DNA of 64,000 bases, from the sequence record LC680885.1; one strand, written 5' to 3'. The notes under the pieces were generated by a model. That model saw only the letters and a program-made list of their open reading frames with translations. It did not search any database and was not told the origin of the DNA. Positions 40,058-48,564 of the stretch are shown here, one piece after another (position 1 is the first letter of the stretch; each line of letters opens with the position of its first letter). The position numbers and the translations under genes were made by a program.

Positions 40058-41367
40058 TGGCTAGATTTTTACTTAAGAATAAAGACTTATCAAAATTACC
40101 AGTAGTAACAAATCATGAATCAATTGATAAGAAAGGTGATTTCACTGAAGACGGTATCTTCAGTGAGAAAATCTTTGGACCTGATTCAGATGTAGATAAT
40201 ATTACAAATGAAGCTATAGTTTATTTAGGTAATAACTATATTATTACACCTTTAGGATATGACAGAATTAAAAAATTAATAGGTAGAAAAAGATTTGCTG
40301 AAATTATTAGTTCTGAAAAACCTATTGATGAAAATGGTAATGTAATTGAACCAGAAGATGACCATAATTCATATATTGGTTTAGTTGAATTTAGAAAGAA
40401 CTTCTTAAAGATTCTTAAAGAAGAAGTTAAACGTGATAAACGTAAAACTAAAGATTACAATAGAGTTGTTCAATGGTATTTAAATGGAACATTATTCCAA
40501 AATTATGTAACTGTATTTAGTCCTAAATTAAGACCGGCTACAGTTAATAAAGCAACTAAGACATTTAGACATTCAGAAATTAATAAAGAATTTAATTTAT
40601 TAATTGCTCATAGTAATAGTCTTAAAGAATTAGATGAACATTATACAGATGATTCAGTTGAACTACAAAAGTTAAACCTACTTAATAAAATTCAAGATGA
40701 CAACATGAATATCTATGATCGTATTATCAATGAAAACATTAAAGGTAAAATGGGTACTATTCGTAAATTAATTATGGGTAGTCGTGTAGGATATTCAGCT
40801 CGTTCAGTAATTGTTCCAGCTCCTGATTTAAAATTAAATGAAATTAGAATGAATTATACAATCTTCTTAGAAATATACAAACCACTATTAGCTAATTTAA
40901 TGTATGTAACGGAAAATATTCCATTACCTAAAGCAGAAGAAATATTAGGTAGAGCTTTAGATAACTTTAATCCTAAAGTATATAAATATATGAAAGAATT
41001 AGTTAACAAAACTGAAGGTGGAATGAGAGTAATTTTGAACCGAAATCCATCTATCTCAGAATCATCAGTTCAAATATTAAAAATTAAAGATATCATTAGT
41101 GATATTGACTCAGCTGTAGTAGGTATTAGTAATAATATACTTGCAGGTATGGGTGCTGACTATGATGGAGACACATTGAATATTATAGCTCTCTTCTCAG
41201 AAGAGCAATATGATATGTTAAAAGTACAAGATCCAGTCAATCAATTAATATCATATAATGATGGTCTATTTAATAGAACTTATTCACTTAATAAAGACTC
41301 ACAGATTGCAGTTTATTTATTAAATAATCCTAAATCAAAAGATGTAAGTATAAAAGCTAGTAAATAG
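40057..41367 (+). CDS. rpoC: Non-virion RNA polymerase beta' subunit, N-terminal part with catalytic motif
   Basis: DGIFSEKIFGP, KLRP, GKMGTIRKLIMGSRVGYSARSVI, LNRNPSI, GMGADYDGD. Confidence 0.9.
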   Translation: MARFLLKNKDLSKLPVVTNHESIDKKGDFTEDGIFSEKIFGPDSDVDNITNEAIVYLGNNYIITPLGYDRIKKLIGRKRFAEIISSEKPIDENGNVIEPEDDHNSYIGLVEFRKNFLKILKEEVKRDKRKTKDYNRVVQWYLNGTLFQNYVTVFSPKLRPATVNKATKTFRHSEINKEFNLLIAHSNSLKELDEHYTDDSVELQKLNLLNKIQDDNMNIYDRIINENIKGKMGTIRKLIMGSRVGYSARSVIVPAPDLKLNEIRMNYTIFLEIYKPLLANLMYVTENIPLPKAEEILGRALDNFNPKVYKYMKELVNKTEGGMRVILNRNPSISESSVQILKIKDIISDIDSAVVGISNNILAGMGADYDGDTLNIIALFSEEQYDMLKVQDPVNQLISYNDGLFNRTYSLNKDSQIAVYLLNNPKSKDVSIKASK

Positions 41368-41429
41368 ATTTTTTAGAATAACGGTCTTATCAGATCGTTA
41401 TTCTTATTAAATAAATATGACTGGAGACA

Positions 41430-42068
41430 TTGACCATGAACAAAAGACAAAGAAAGAAATTAGAGAAGAAAAAATTAGAAGAACAAAGTAACGAAAAAAT
41501 TATAGATTTGCCAAAATTAAAAGAAGAAAAGGATGAAGTTAAAATGAATAAAGAAGTTAAAAGAGAAGGATCTTACAAGAAATTAACTAAGGAACAAGTA
41601 CATTATATTGCAGAATTAATTGACAAAGGACACGGAAACACTTATATTTTAAAAGAACTTAAAGCTAAGTTTGGTATTGACCGTAAATCACATTCAATCA
41701 CACATATTAGACGTGGTGAACATCCTACATTTAAAGCACTTACAGATGACAATTATCACTTTGCTGAAGTGGGATATCCTACATTTAATGAATACAAAAA
41801 GATTTTACGTGGAGAAGTTAAACCTAAAAGTAAAACACGTGTAAAAGCTGAAGAAAAGGTTAATAAAGTAAAAGAATCACCAGTAGTAGAAAAAGTATCT
41901 AATGTTACAGAAGAAAAAGTAGAACAAGTAAAAGAAAAAATGAGTAATATTCAAAAAGATAAAGAAACTGGTAAAGAATATCGTGATAAAGAAAGTATTC
42001 ATAAAGCAGGTAAACCTCAAGAAACTATCTTTGATAAGATTATCAAACGTGTTTTAAATATTTTATAA
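41430..42068 (+). CDS. putative DNA-binding protein (paralogous domain to 18445-19053)
   Basis: QVHYIAELIDKG..ITHIRRG..NYHFA..YPT. Confidence 0.55.
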   Translation: MTMNKRQRKKLEKKKLEEQSNEKIIDLPKLKEEKDEVKMNKEVKREGSYKKLTKEQVHYIAELIDKGHGNTYILKELKAKFGIDRKSHSITHIRRGEHPTFKALTDDNYHFAEVGYPTFNEYKKILRGEVKPKSKTRVKAEEKVNKVKESPVVEKVSNVTEEKVEQVKEKMSNIQKDKETGKEYRDKESIHKAGKPQETIFDKIIKRVLNIL

Positions 42069-42086
42069 TAGAAAAGATGATAAGAA

Positions 42087-43139
42087 ATGTCCAAATATGA
42101 TTTAACTTTATATCATCATTTAAAACAAGAAGTAAAACCATGTAGATTAACAACTTCACAGGATGAGACAATGATACGTTGTCCTTTCTGTGGAGATTCT
42201 AAAAAGTCTAAAAGTTCAACACATTTATATATACAAAATAGAACTCCATTTAAATATTTCTGTCAAAGATGTAATGCTTCTGGAGTTATGAGTAATAAAG
42301 TTTTAGCTATGTTAAATAGTGGTAATGTAGAAATAAATAGTTATATTAACAATCAATATAATGAATATATTTCTAATATGAATAAAAAATATGGCAAATC
42401 TTTTATCAATAGAAATACAAAAGAATTAAAATACTACCCAAATAAATATACCGATTTAGAAATAAGCAAGATTAATTATATTAATGAAAGATTGGGTATT
42501 AACATAGATGAGAAGGATATTGAATTATATAAGATTATTTTAAATATAGAAGATTTTTATAAGAATAATGAATTTGATATAGATAATCAATATCAAATAA
42601 ATAATCTTAATAATAATTATTTTAGTTATATGTTGAACGATAAGAACACTATTAATTGTAGATTAATGAATAGTGACACATTTGGGGCTAATGGGAAGAA
42701 ACATTTTAAACAAAAAATATTTAAGAATTTAGCTGATGAAAGTACTAGATTTTATTCAATTAAGAATGAATTAAGATTGGATAGAAGAGTATATAATATT
42801 CATATAGCTGAAGGATTCTTTGATATATTGGGGATATTTAATCATGTGTATAATAAAGAAATAAATGACAATGATATATTTATAGCTAATAACGGAAAAG
42901 GTTATAAATTTGTATTAAATTATCTAAATAGTTTAGGTATACTTAATATGAATATAAATATTTATTCCGATAGAGATGTTAAAATTACTGATTATCGCAG
43001 TAAGAGAATGCTCGGTAATTCGCTACCAGTAATTTTAAATGATGCTAATATATATTATAATGAATTTGAAGATGAGAAAGATTTTGGGGTAACAAAAGAT
43101 AAAATAAAATTATCAGAACCAATTAAGTTTAATCAATAA
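42087..43139 (+). CDS. DNA primase (T4 gp61/DnaG-like)
   Basis: RCPFCGDS..H..CQRC Zn finger; TOPRIM IAEGFFD and YSDRD. Confidence 0.82.
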   Translation: MSKYDLTLYHHLKQEVKPCRLTTSQDETMIRCPFCGDSKKSKSSTHLYIQNRTPFKYFCQRCNASGVMSNKVLAMLNSGNVEINSYINNQYNEYISNMNKKYGKSFINRNTKELKYYPNKYTDLEISKINYINERLGINIDEKDIELYKIILNIEDFYKNNEFDIDNQYQINNLNNNYFSYMLNDKNTINCRLMNSDTFGANGKKHFKQKIFKNLADESTRFYSIKNELRLDRRVYNIHIAEGFFDILGIFNHVYNKEINDNDIFIANNGKGYKFVLNYLNSLGILNMNINIYSDRDVKITDYRSKRMLGNSLPVILNDANIYYNEFEDEKDFGVTKDKIKLSEPIKFNQ

Positions 43140-43146
43140 ATAAATT

Positions 43147-43161
43147 TATATTATAAAAGTG
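43147..43161 (+). promoter_or_regulatory. putative early promoter TATATTAT-N5-TG
   Basis: Consensus; GAGGTAATG hairpin at the final G. Confidence 0.72.
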
Positions 43162-43195
43162 AGGTAATGGATATTATATTCATTACCTCTAATAT
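43161..43195 (+). repeat. GAGGTAATG hairpin repeat, copy 5
   Basis: 13-bp stem with G-U plus TAATAT. Confidence 0.8.
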
Positions 43196-43216
43196 TATTT
43201 ACACTAGGAGAGTGAA

Positions 43217-43723
43217 TTGGATATGGCAAAAGAAATTTTTAGTTCAGAAGATATTTTTAAGGATTTAACAGATTTTCACACAGAAAGTAGATTAGAGGAA
43301 TTTAGTCACAAGAATATTTTAACATCTTTATTAGAAAATGCAGATAGTAAAAATAATTTAGAAAAAATAATATTGATTCTATCTATAAATATTAATTCAT
43401 CTTTAAAAAATTTAAATTCTATTGAAGATGAAATGATAGATGTTTTTAGTAAAGAAATAGATATTAAGAAAGATAAAGATAATATTGATTTGCTATTAAA
43501 AAATCTTAGAAATGTTAAAGATAATTCAAGTATGGAAGACATTAAAGAATATTTAGTATTAGAAGTATCTTTAGATGAGGTTATTGATAAAATTAATGAA
43601 GATGATTTTTATAATGAAGAAGTAAAAGATTTATATCTTAAATTCTATAATAATCTTTCTATTTTAATTATATCTTTTAAATTGTTAACATTCTATAATG
43701 GTTTTAATAATGTAGTATCTTAA
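43217..43723 (+). CDS. hypothetical protein
   Basis: ORF with RBS. Confidence 0.65.
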   Translation: MDMAKEIFSSEDIFKDLTDFHTESRLEEFSHKNILTSLLENADSKNNLEKIILILSININSSLKNLNSIEDEMIDVFSKEIDIKKDKDNIDLLLKNLRNVKDNSSMEDIKEYLVLEVSLDEVIDKINEDDFYNEEVKDLYLKFYNNLSILIISFKLLTFYNGFNNVVS

Positions 43724-43743
43724 TTAAATTTAATATAAGGAGA

Positions 43744-44373
43744 ATGATTAGAATGAGAGATAAATTTTTATTATTTGAAAATGATGATAATAGCATATAT
43801 ATGCTATTATCAAATTTTAAATTCAATAAAGAAATTAAAATAGATTATACACATGATATAAAAAATATCGATGATGTTCCTAAGTATTTTAATAAAGGAA
43901 TAAAGAGATTTAAAATGAGATATGACTTTCATTCAGGCCATATTATTAGACAAGATGAATTTTACAACTACATGGATAATTTAGATGCTGATTTTAAAAA
44001 TTCAAATGCTAAAGCTTTAGAGAAAATAACTTTCTCTAATCTTATTAGTGATGATAAAATCAATATAGTATATACAGGTAAGAAAGATGATAATAATAAA
44101 ATTGTAAAAACTAATATTTACTTTATTGTCCCTGTTAGTATTGCTTCTGAAGAAATAAATTCAAATCTAATATCTTTAGATATTACAGCTATGAATAAAA
44201 GATTAAATGATGTTTATAAATCTGAAACAACTAATCAGAAACTATTAGGAATAAAACCTAGTGTTACAAATATCAATATTATTGATAGACAAAATAAAAT
44301 TATTAATGAATACTTTAGAGATATAGGAGTAGATTATAACTTTATTAATGATTTTAGTAAATCAGAAGAATAA
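43744..44373 (+). CDS. hypothetical protein
   Basis: ORF with RBS. Confidence 0.65.
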   Translation: MIRMRDKFLLFENDDNSIYMLLSNFKFNKEIKIDYTHDIKNIDDVPKYFNKGIKRFKMRYDFHSGHIIRQDEFYNYMDNLDADFKNSNAKALEKITFSNLISDDKINIVYTGKKDDNNKIVKTNIYFIVPVSIASEEINSNLISLDITAMNKRLNDVYKSETTNQKLLGIKPSVTNINIIDRQNKIINEYFRDIGVDYNFINDFSKSEE

Positions 44374-44387
44374 AGGAGGATATATTT

Positions 44388-45119
44388 ATGATTGAAGAAG
44401 CTTTTAAATTGAATTTCATAAGTCTAATATTAAATATACCTTACTTTTTAATATCAATTTACTTATTTTATTATTTTTATACTTACAAGAAAATTAAAAA
44501 TAATAAAGATGATATATACGATGTAGCACCAGTAGCTTTTACAAGTTATTTGAGTATAATAATTATAATTATACTCAAATTATCTACTAATAGTTTATCT
44601 CAATATGGTAATTTGATATATCATCCTTTTAAAATATTTACTTTAATTATAGTAGGTTTGATGATGTATGTTGTACTGGATGCTTCATTATTTATATTTG
44701 ATAAGATGAAAAGCTCATTAAAGATATTCATTGTATTGAATATCTTTTTAATTGCATTATTAATATCTGATTCATTATTGTTTAATATGATTATTATGAT
44801 AGTTATATCAATTCTATTAATTTTGACTTCATTATACTTTACAGTTGATCATTTAGATAGTAAAGATAAATATGTAAAAATAACTTTTTGCACATTCTTT
44901 ACTTTATTCCCTCTATTTTTATCACTGTTAGTTATAAATATGGATGTAATTAAATTTAACTTAATAGATGTTAATACTAATAATAAAATTGATAATATGC
45001 ATTTAGTTATAATTGTGCAAATAATTTTACTAATATGGAACTTAGTAGTAATGATATTCAAAATATTTAATATCAATATATACACCGTTATATCAGAAGT
45101 ATTTAAAAGAAATAAATGA
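44388..45119 (+). CDS. polytopic membrane protein (about 7 TM)
   Basis: Multiple hydrophobic helices; GGAGG RBS. Confidence 0.7.
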   Translation: MIEEAFKLNFISLILNIPYFLISIYLFYYFYTYKKIKNNKDDIYDVAPVAFTSYLSIIIIIILKLSTNSLSQYGNLIYHPFKIFTLIIVGLMMYVVLDASLFIFDKMKSSLKIFIVLNIFLIALLISDSLLFNMIIMIVISILLILTSLYFTVDHLDSKDKYVKITFCTFFTLFPLFLSLLVINMDVIKFNLIDVNTNNKIDNMHLVIIVQIILLIWNLVVMIFKIFNINIYTVISEVFKRNK

Positions 45120-45120
45120 A

Positions 45121-45160
45121 TATTAGGATAATGATCAAATTAATGGTCATTATCCTAATA
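45121..45160 (+). terminator. intergenic hairpin (variant of the TAATG/CATTA family)
   Basis: TATTAGGATAATGATC/GGTCATTATCCTAATA, T-rich downstream. Confidence 0.65.
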
Positions 45161-45198
45161 TTATTTTCTTTTTTTTGTAACTACTATTATTTTAGATA

Positions 45199-45213
45199 TA
45201 TATTATAATTATG
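45199..45213 (+). promoter_or_regulatory. putative early promoter TATATTAT-N5-TG
   Basis: Consensus; RBS follows directly with no hairpin. Confidence 0.7.
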
Positions 45214-45230
45214 AAGGGAGGAATATAATA

Positions 45231-45476
45231 ATGATATTTAATATTCTAATAGCAATTGCATATGAGATGCTTGTTTCTTTAGGTTTAGGTGTTTCAGCTT
45301 TTTATATATCTTTATTTTTATTAAGATATATAAAAAATAATATTATCAAGAAAGAAATTAAAAATGAAAATAGAAAGTTATTTTATTTTTCATTATTAAT
45401 AGTTATAATATTTATGTCAATAAAATCATACGTTGATATAAAATTAAGTATTATAGAACAAATATTGAAAATGTAA
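45231..45476 (+). CDS. small two-TM protein
   Basis: Hydrophobic helices; GGAGG RBS. Confidence 0.6.
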   Translation: MIFNILIAIAYEMLVSLGLGVSAFYISLFLLRYIKNNIIKKEIKNENRKLFYFSLLIVIIFMSIKSYVDIKLSIIEQILKM

Positions 45477-45503
45477 AAAGCGTAACATAAGATATTTTAA
45501 TTA

Positions 45504-45518
45504 TATATTATAATTATG
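45504..45518 (+). promoter_or_regulatory. putative early promoter with upstream AAAAAGCGTAAC element
   Basis: Consensus; upstream box 45475-45486. Confidence 0.75.
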
Positions 45519-45570
45519 AAGATATAATAATATTAATTATATCTTTAATAAAAATAAAGGAGAAATTAAA

Positions 45571-45849
45571 ATGACAGAATTTGAAAATGAAATTAAAGTA
45601 TCAAAAGAGGAGAAGAAGATTAAAAGATTTATTGATCAAGGTATTGATAATTTATCTGATACTGTGGGAGAGAATATTGAAGGTATTCCATTATCTTTAA
45701 CTGATTATTTTCCTAAAATAAAGAAATTAATTATTAAATTAATTGATCGAGAAGAAAGTGATGAAATTAAAATGACAAATGAATTAGGTGAAGTATTTAA
45801 ATTTAATAGAACTTCACACGATATTTATTTAACATCAACTAAATTTTAA
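45571..45849 (+). CDS. hypothetical protein
   Basis: AAGGAG RBS. Confidence 0.65.
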   Translation: MTEFENEIKVSKEEKKIKRFIDQGIDNLSDTVGENIEGIPLSLTDYFPKIKKLIIKLIDREESDEIKMTNELGEVFKFNRTSHDIYLTSTKF

Positions 45850-45886
45850 TGAAAACTTTCTATGATCCAACAATAAAATTAAAGGT

Positions 45887-46519
45887 GTGGTATGTATGAT
45901 TAAAGTCAATGAGCTATTAACAGAAGTTAAGGAAATAAAAACAAATGACAGTTATACGAAATTAATAAATGAGTATAGGGATATTATTAATGAAGAATAT
46001 ATATCTTATAAACCGTTAAAAGATTATTACAATTTTATTATATATTATCTAGAGAAATCTAGAAATCAAGCATTGGAATCTAACAACTTTAATGAATCCA
46101 ATTTAAATATCAAATTATTAATAGAAGATCTAATGATATTAAAAGATATTGTTAAATCTAATATTTTTGATACTAAAGAAGTAATCAGATCTACTGGGTT
46201 TAAATTAACAAATGGTAGTACATTTGATAGAGTTATCAAATACATTAAAGATAAACTAGATGAATTAATTATAGAAATAAATTCAAATAATTATAAATAT
46301 CAAAATATCTATTTCTATCTACCTGAACTAAATAATCTATTGCATAATACAATTCATATAGAACGTGTTTTAGATAAATATAAGAATAATGTAGATATTA
46401 TTAATATAAATAAATATAATTTATTTGAAATGATGCCTTGTAATGATATTATGGATAAAGATGAATTTTATATAATGGTTAATCATTTATATGATTTAGG
46501 TGTTTTAGAAAAAGCGTAA
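45887..46519 (+). CDS. hypothetical protein
   Basis: 210-aa ORF. Confidence 0.6.
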   Translation: MVCMIKVNELLTEVKEIKTNDSYTKLINEYRDIINEEYISYKPLKDYYNFIIYYLEKSRNQALESNNFNESNLNIKLLIEDLMILKDIVKSNIFDTKEVIRSTGFKLTNGSTFDRVIKYIKDKLDELIIEINSNNYKYQNIYFYLPELNNLLHNTIHIERVLDKYKNNVDIININKYNLFEMMPCNDIMDKDEFYIMVNHLYDLGVLEKA

Positions 46520-46537
46520 CATGTAATAAAATAAGTA

Positions 46538-46552
46538 TATATTATAATTATG
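46538..46552 (+). promoter_or_regulatory. putative early promoter with upstream AAAAAGCGTAAC element
   Basis: Consensus; upstream box 46509-46520. Confidence 0.75.
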
Positions 46553-46606
46553 AAGAAAGATAAAGTATTAATATCTTTCTAAATAAATCAAATGGAGGAA
46601 TTTAAA

Positions 46607-46777
46607 ATGAAAAAGAATTTATTATTAAAATCAGCAGTGGGATTTGGGTTAGGTATTGTATTAGGTGTAGTAAGTAATAAAATTGATGAAATGGTTATGC
46701 AAAAGGAAATGGAAAAGCAAATCTTTAAAAGAGCTTCAGAAATAACTTTTGAACATCCATTCAATAATCTAAAATAA
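46607..46777 (+). CDS. small membrane peptide (GFGLG family), copy 1
   Basis: MKKNLLLKSAVGFGLGIVLGVV..; GGAGG RBS just upstream. Confidence 0.65.
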   Translation: MKKNLLLKSAVGFGLGIVLGVVSNKIDEMVMQKEMEKQIFKRASEITFEHPFNNLK

Positions 46778-46858
46778 AGGAGGAAAGAGGATAATTGTTT
46801 TAAAGACCTAATGGACAAGGATCAAGTTCATTAGGTCTATAATTTTCTATGATCCAAA
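46770..46858 (+). repeat. 89-bp direct repeat copy 1 with potential H-type pseudoknot
   Basis: Identical to 47402-47490. Confidence 0.9.
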
Positions 46859-46880
46859 AAATAAAAAGGAGCTAAAATCA

Positions 46881-47195
46881 ATGAATAACAAAACTAAATT
46901 AGCAGAATTAAGAAAAGAATTAAAAATCGTATATTCGGATATACAATTGAGCAAAACAAGTACTATAGAAGAAAGACTTCACAAGAAAAAGGAAAGACTA
47001 ATTAAAGAAATTAATGAAATATTAGAAAAAGATCAAAATGTTTTCGATAGAGAAAAACATATAGCAAGAGTTAAAGATCAGAATAACGATAACATTCACA
47101 AGGGATCAGATGAATTTTCTAAGGCAGGTAGACTCCATAGAAAATATCAGAAGCAAGATAAACACAACATTTTCAATAATCCAGTACAAGATTAA
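46881..47195 (+). CDS. basic protein, KAGRLH family copy 1
   Basis: Paralogous to 47704-48009. Confidence 0.65.
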   Translation: MNNKTKLAELRKELKIVYSDIQLSKTSTIEERLHKKKERLIKEINEILEKDQNVFDREKHIARVKDQNNDNIHKGSDEFSKAGRLHRKYQKQDKHNIFNNPVQD

Positions 47196-47237
47196 AAAGT
47201 TGAATTTGAAAAAGCGTAACGTAAGATATTTTAATTA

Positions 47238-47252
47238 TATATTATAATAATG
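47238..47252 (+). promoter_or_regulatory. putative early promoter with upstream AAAAAGCGTAAC element
   Basis: Consensus; upstream box 47209-47220. Confidence 0.75.
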
Positions 47253-47304
47253 AAGAAAGAGATTATCATTAACTCTTTCTAATAAATTAAAAGGAGAAAT
47301 TATT

Positions 47305-47409
47305 ATGAAAAACTTAGTATTGAAATTAGTAGCAGGATTTGGATTAGGAATTGTGATGGCAGTTGTTTTAGACAAGATTGAAGAAATGACGTTCTCTAAT
47401 TTAAAATAA
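47305..47409 (+). CDS. small membrane peptide (GFGLG family), copy 2 (34 aa; not in ORF track)
   Basis: MKNLVLKLVAGFGLGIVMAVVLDKIEEMTFSNLK; AAGGAG RBS. Confidence 0.65.
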   Translation: MKNLVLKLVAGFGLGIVMAVVLDKIEEMTFSNLK

Positions 47410-47490
47410 AGGAGGAAAGAGGATAATTGTTTTAAAGACCTAATGGACAAGGATCAAGTTCATTAGGTCTATAATTTTCTATGATCCAAA
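47402..47490 (+). repeat. 89-bp direct repeat copy 2
   Basis: Identical to 46770-46858. Confidence 0.9.
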
Positions 47491-47521
47491 CTAAAACTAA
47501 AAATAAAAAGGAGAAATTAAA

Positions 47522-47698
47522 ATGTTAGAATTAAATGGAATTGAATTTGTAAATGAAAAGGAAATTAAAGAAGAGGAATTATTATTTAATTATTCAGATG
47601 AAGCAAGATATCCATCTGAACAGGCTTATAGAGAAGTAGATTTAATCATTGAGAGCTTCGACAATACAGCTTTCGGATTAAGAAAATGGGGAGTGTAA
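47522..47698 (+). CDS. hypothetical protein (58 aa; not in ORF track)
   Basis: AAGGAG RBS; MLELNGIEFVNEKEI..GLRKWGV. Confidence 0.55.
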   Translation: MLELNGIEFVNEKEIKEEELLFNYSDEARYPSEQAYREVDLIIESFDNTAFGLRKWGV

Positions 47699-47703
47699 TT
47701 AAA

Positions 47704-48009
47704 ATGGTCAGAGAAGAAAAAATCAAACAAATGAAACAAGAATTACAAGCAATTTTAGACAAAGAAATTAGGTTTAATGGTAAACCAATTTCAAATAAAC
47801 AATTTGAGAGAAAATTAGAACTAATGAAACAAATAGAAAAGTTAAAATTTGACATTAGATCAGAAAGATATCTGAGAAATGTCAAAAAGAATAAAATCAC
47901 TGAGTTTAAGGGTAAAAGTGATTATGCGAAAGCAGGAAGACTACATCAATCTTTCCAAAGTAAAGAAGAGCATAAAATATGGAAAGAAGATTTATTAGTA
48001 ATTCAATAA
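47704..48009 (+). CDS. basic protein, KAGRLH family copy 2
   Basis: GGGAG RBS; SDYAKAGRLH. Confidence 0.6.
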   Translation: MVREEKIKQMKQELQAILDKEIRFNGKPISNKQFERKLELMKQIEKLKFDIRSERYLRNVKKNKITEFKGKSDYAKAGRLHQSFQSKEEHKIWKEDLLVIQ

Positions 48010-48032
48010 TATATTAAATGGAGGAATTTAAA

Positions 48033-48227
48033 ATGAAAAAGATTATTAAATTAAAAACTGAGTATGCATTAATTTTAGGAATGTTAGTTGGGCTATTATT
48101 AGGATTATTAACTATGAATTTCTTTTTAGCGTTAGATATTATGTTCATGACAACTTTAGCATTTGTAGGTATGAATCATTATATCGGTGAAAAAAGAATG
48201 AATAATAGAAAAGGGGAAGTAAATTAA
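48033..48227 (+). CDS. small two-TM protein
   Basis: GGAGG RBS; similar to 48229. Confidence 0.6.
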   Translation: MKKIIKLKTEYALILGMLVGLLLGLLTMNFFLALDIMFMTTLAFVGMNHYIGEKRMNNRKGEVN

Positions 48228-48228
48228 T

Positions 48229-48423
48229 ATGCAGAATAAAATTAAGATAAAACCATGGATAGTATTTTGGACCGTATTTATTATTGGATTTATAGTTGGA
48301 GAAATTCTAGGTTATGTAGAAGGTAAATCATTGTTTGTAGGTATCGTATCAGCATTTATTTGTTTAGGAATTAATTATATGGTTGGAGAAATTAGAAGAG
48401 ATATTATTAGAAATAGAAAATAA
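48229..48423 (+). CDS. small two-TM protein
   Basis: Shares G[ML]NY.[IV]GE.R with 48033. Confidence 0.6.
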   Translation: MQNKIKIKPWIVFWTVFIIGFIVGEILGYVEGKSLFVGIVSAFICLGINYMVGEIRRDIIRNRK

Positions 48424-48456
48424 AAATTAATTAAATTATAAGGAGTTGAATTGGAT

Positions 48457-48564
48457 ATGTTATTAGAAAACTTCATTACAATTATCGTGTTACTTGGCTT
48501 AATGAAATTTACAGGTTGTTTCAAATTTATGAAAGAAATCTGGTCTAACAAAGGTAACAAATAG
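48457..48564 (+). CDS. 35-aa hydrophobic peptide with basic tail (not in ORF track)
   Basis: AGGAG RBS; MLLENFITIIVLLGLMKFTGCFKFMKEIWSNKGNK. Confidence 0.5.
   Translation: MLLENFITIIVLLGLMKFTGCFKFMKEIWSNKGNK

Noticed and set aside
7915-43195. Hairpin repeats as integron attC sites or IS/MITE ends
   Set aside because: No GTTRRRY/RYYYAAC cores, target duplications, integrase or transposase; position is tied to promoters
46592-46606. MEEFK/MEEFV N-termini at 46592, 48018 and 56546
   Set aside because: ATGGAGGAATTT is the GGAGG ribosome-binding site; real starts are 15 nt downstream
46799-46805. TTTAAAG slippery heptamer in front of the pseudoknot (-1 frameshift signal)
   Set aside because: Overlaps the stem with no 5-9 nt spacer, is out of frame with the TTG start, and no long ORF is joined
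46770-47490. CRISPR array or tandem type III antitoxin array
   Set aside because: Only two copies 632 bp apart with genes between them; no cas or ToxN-like gene recognised
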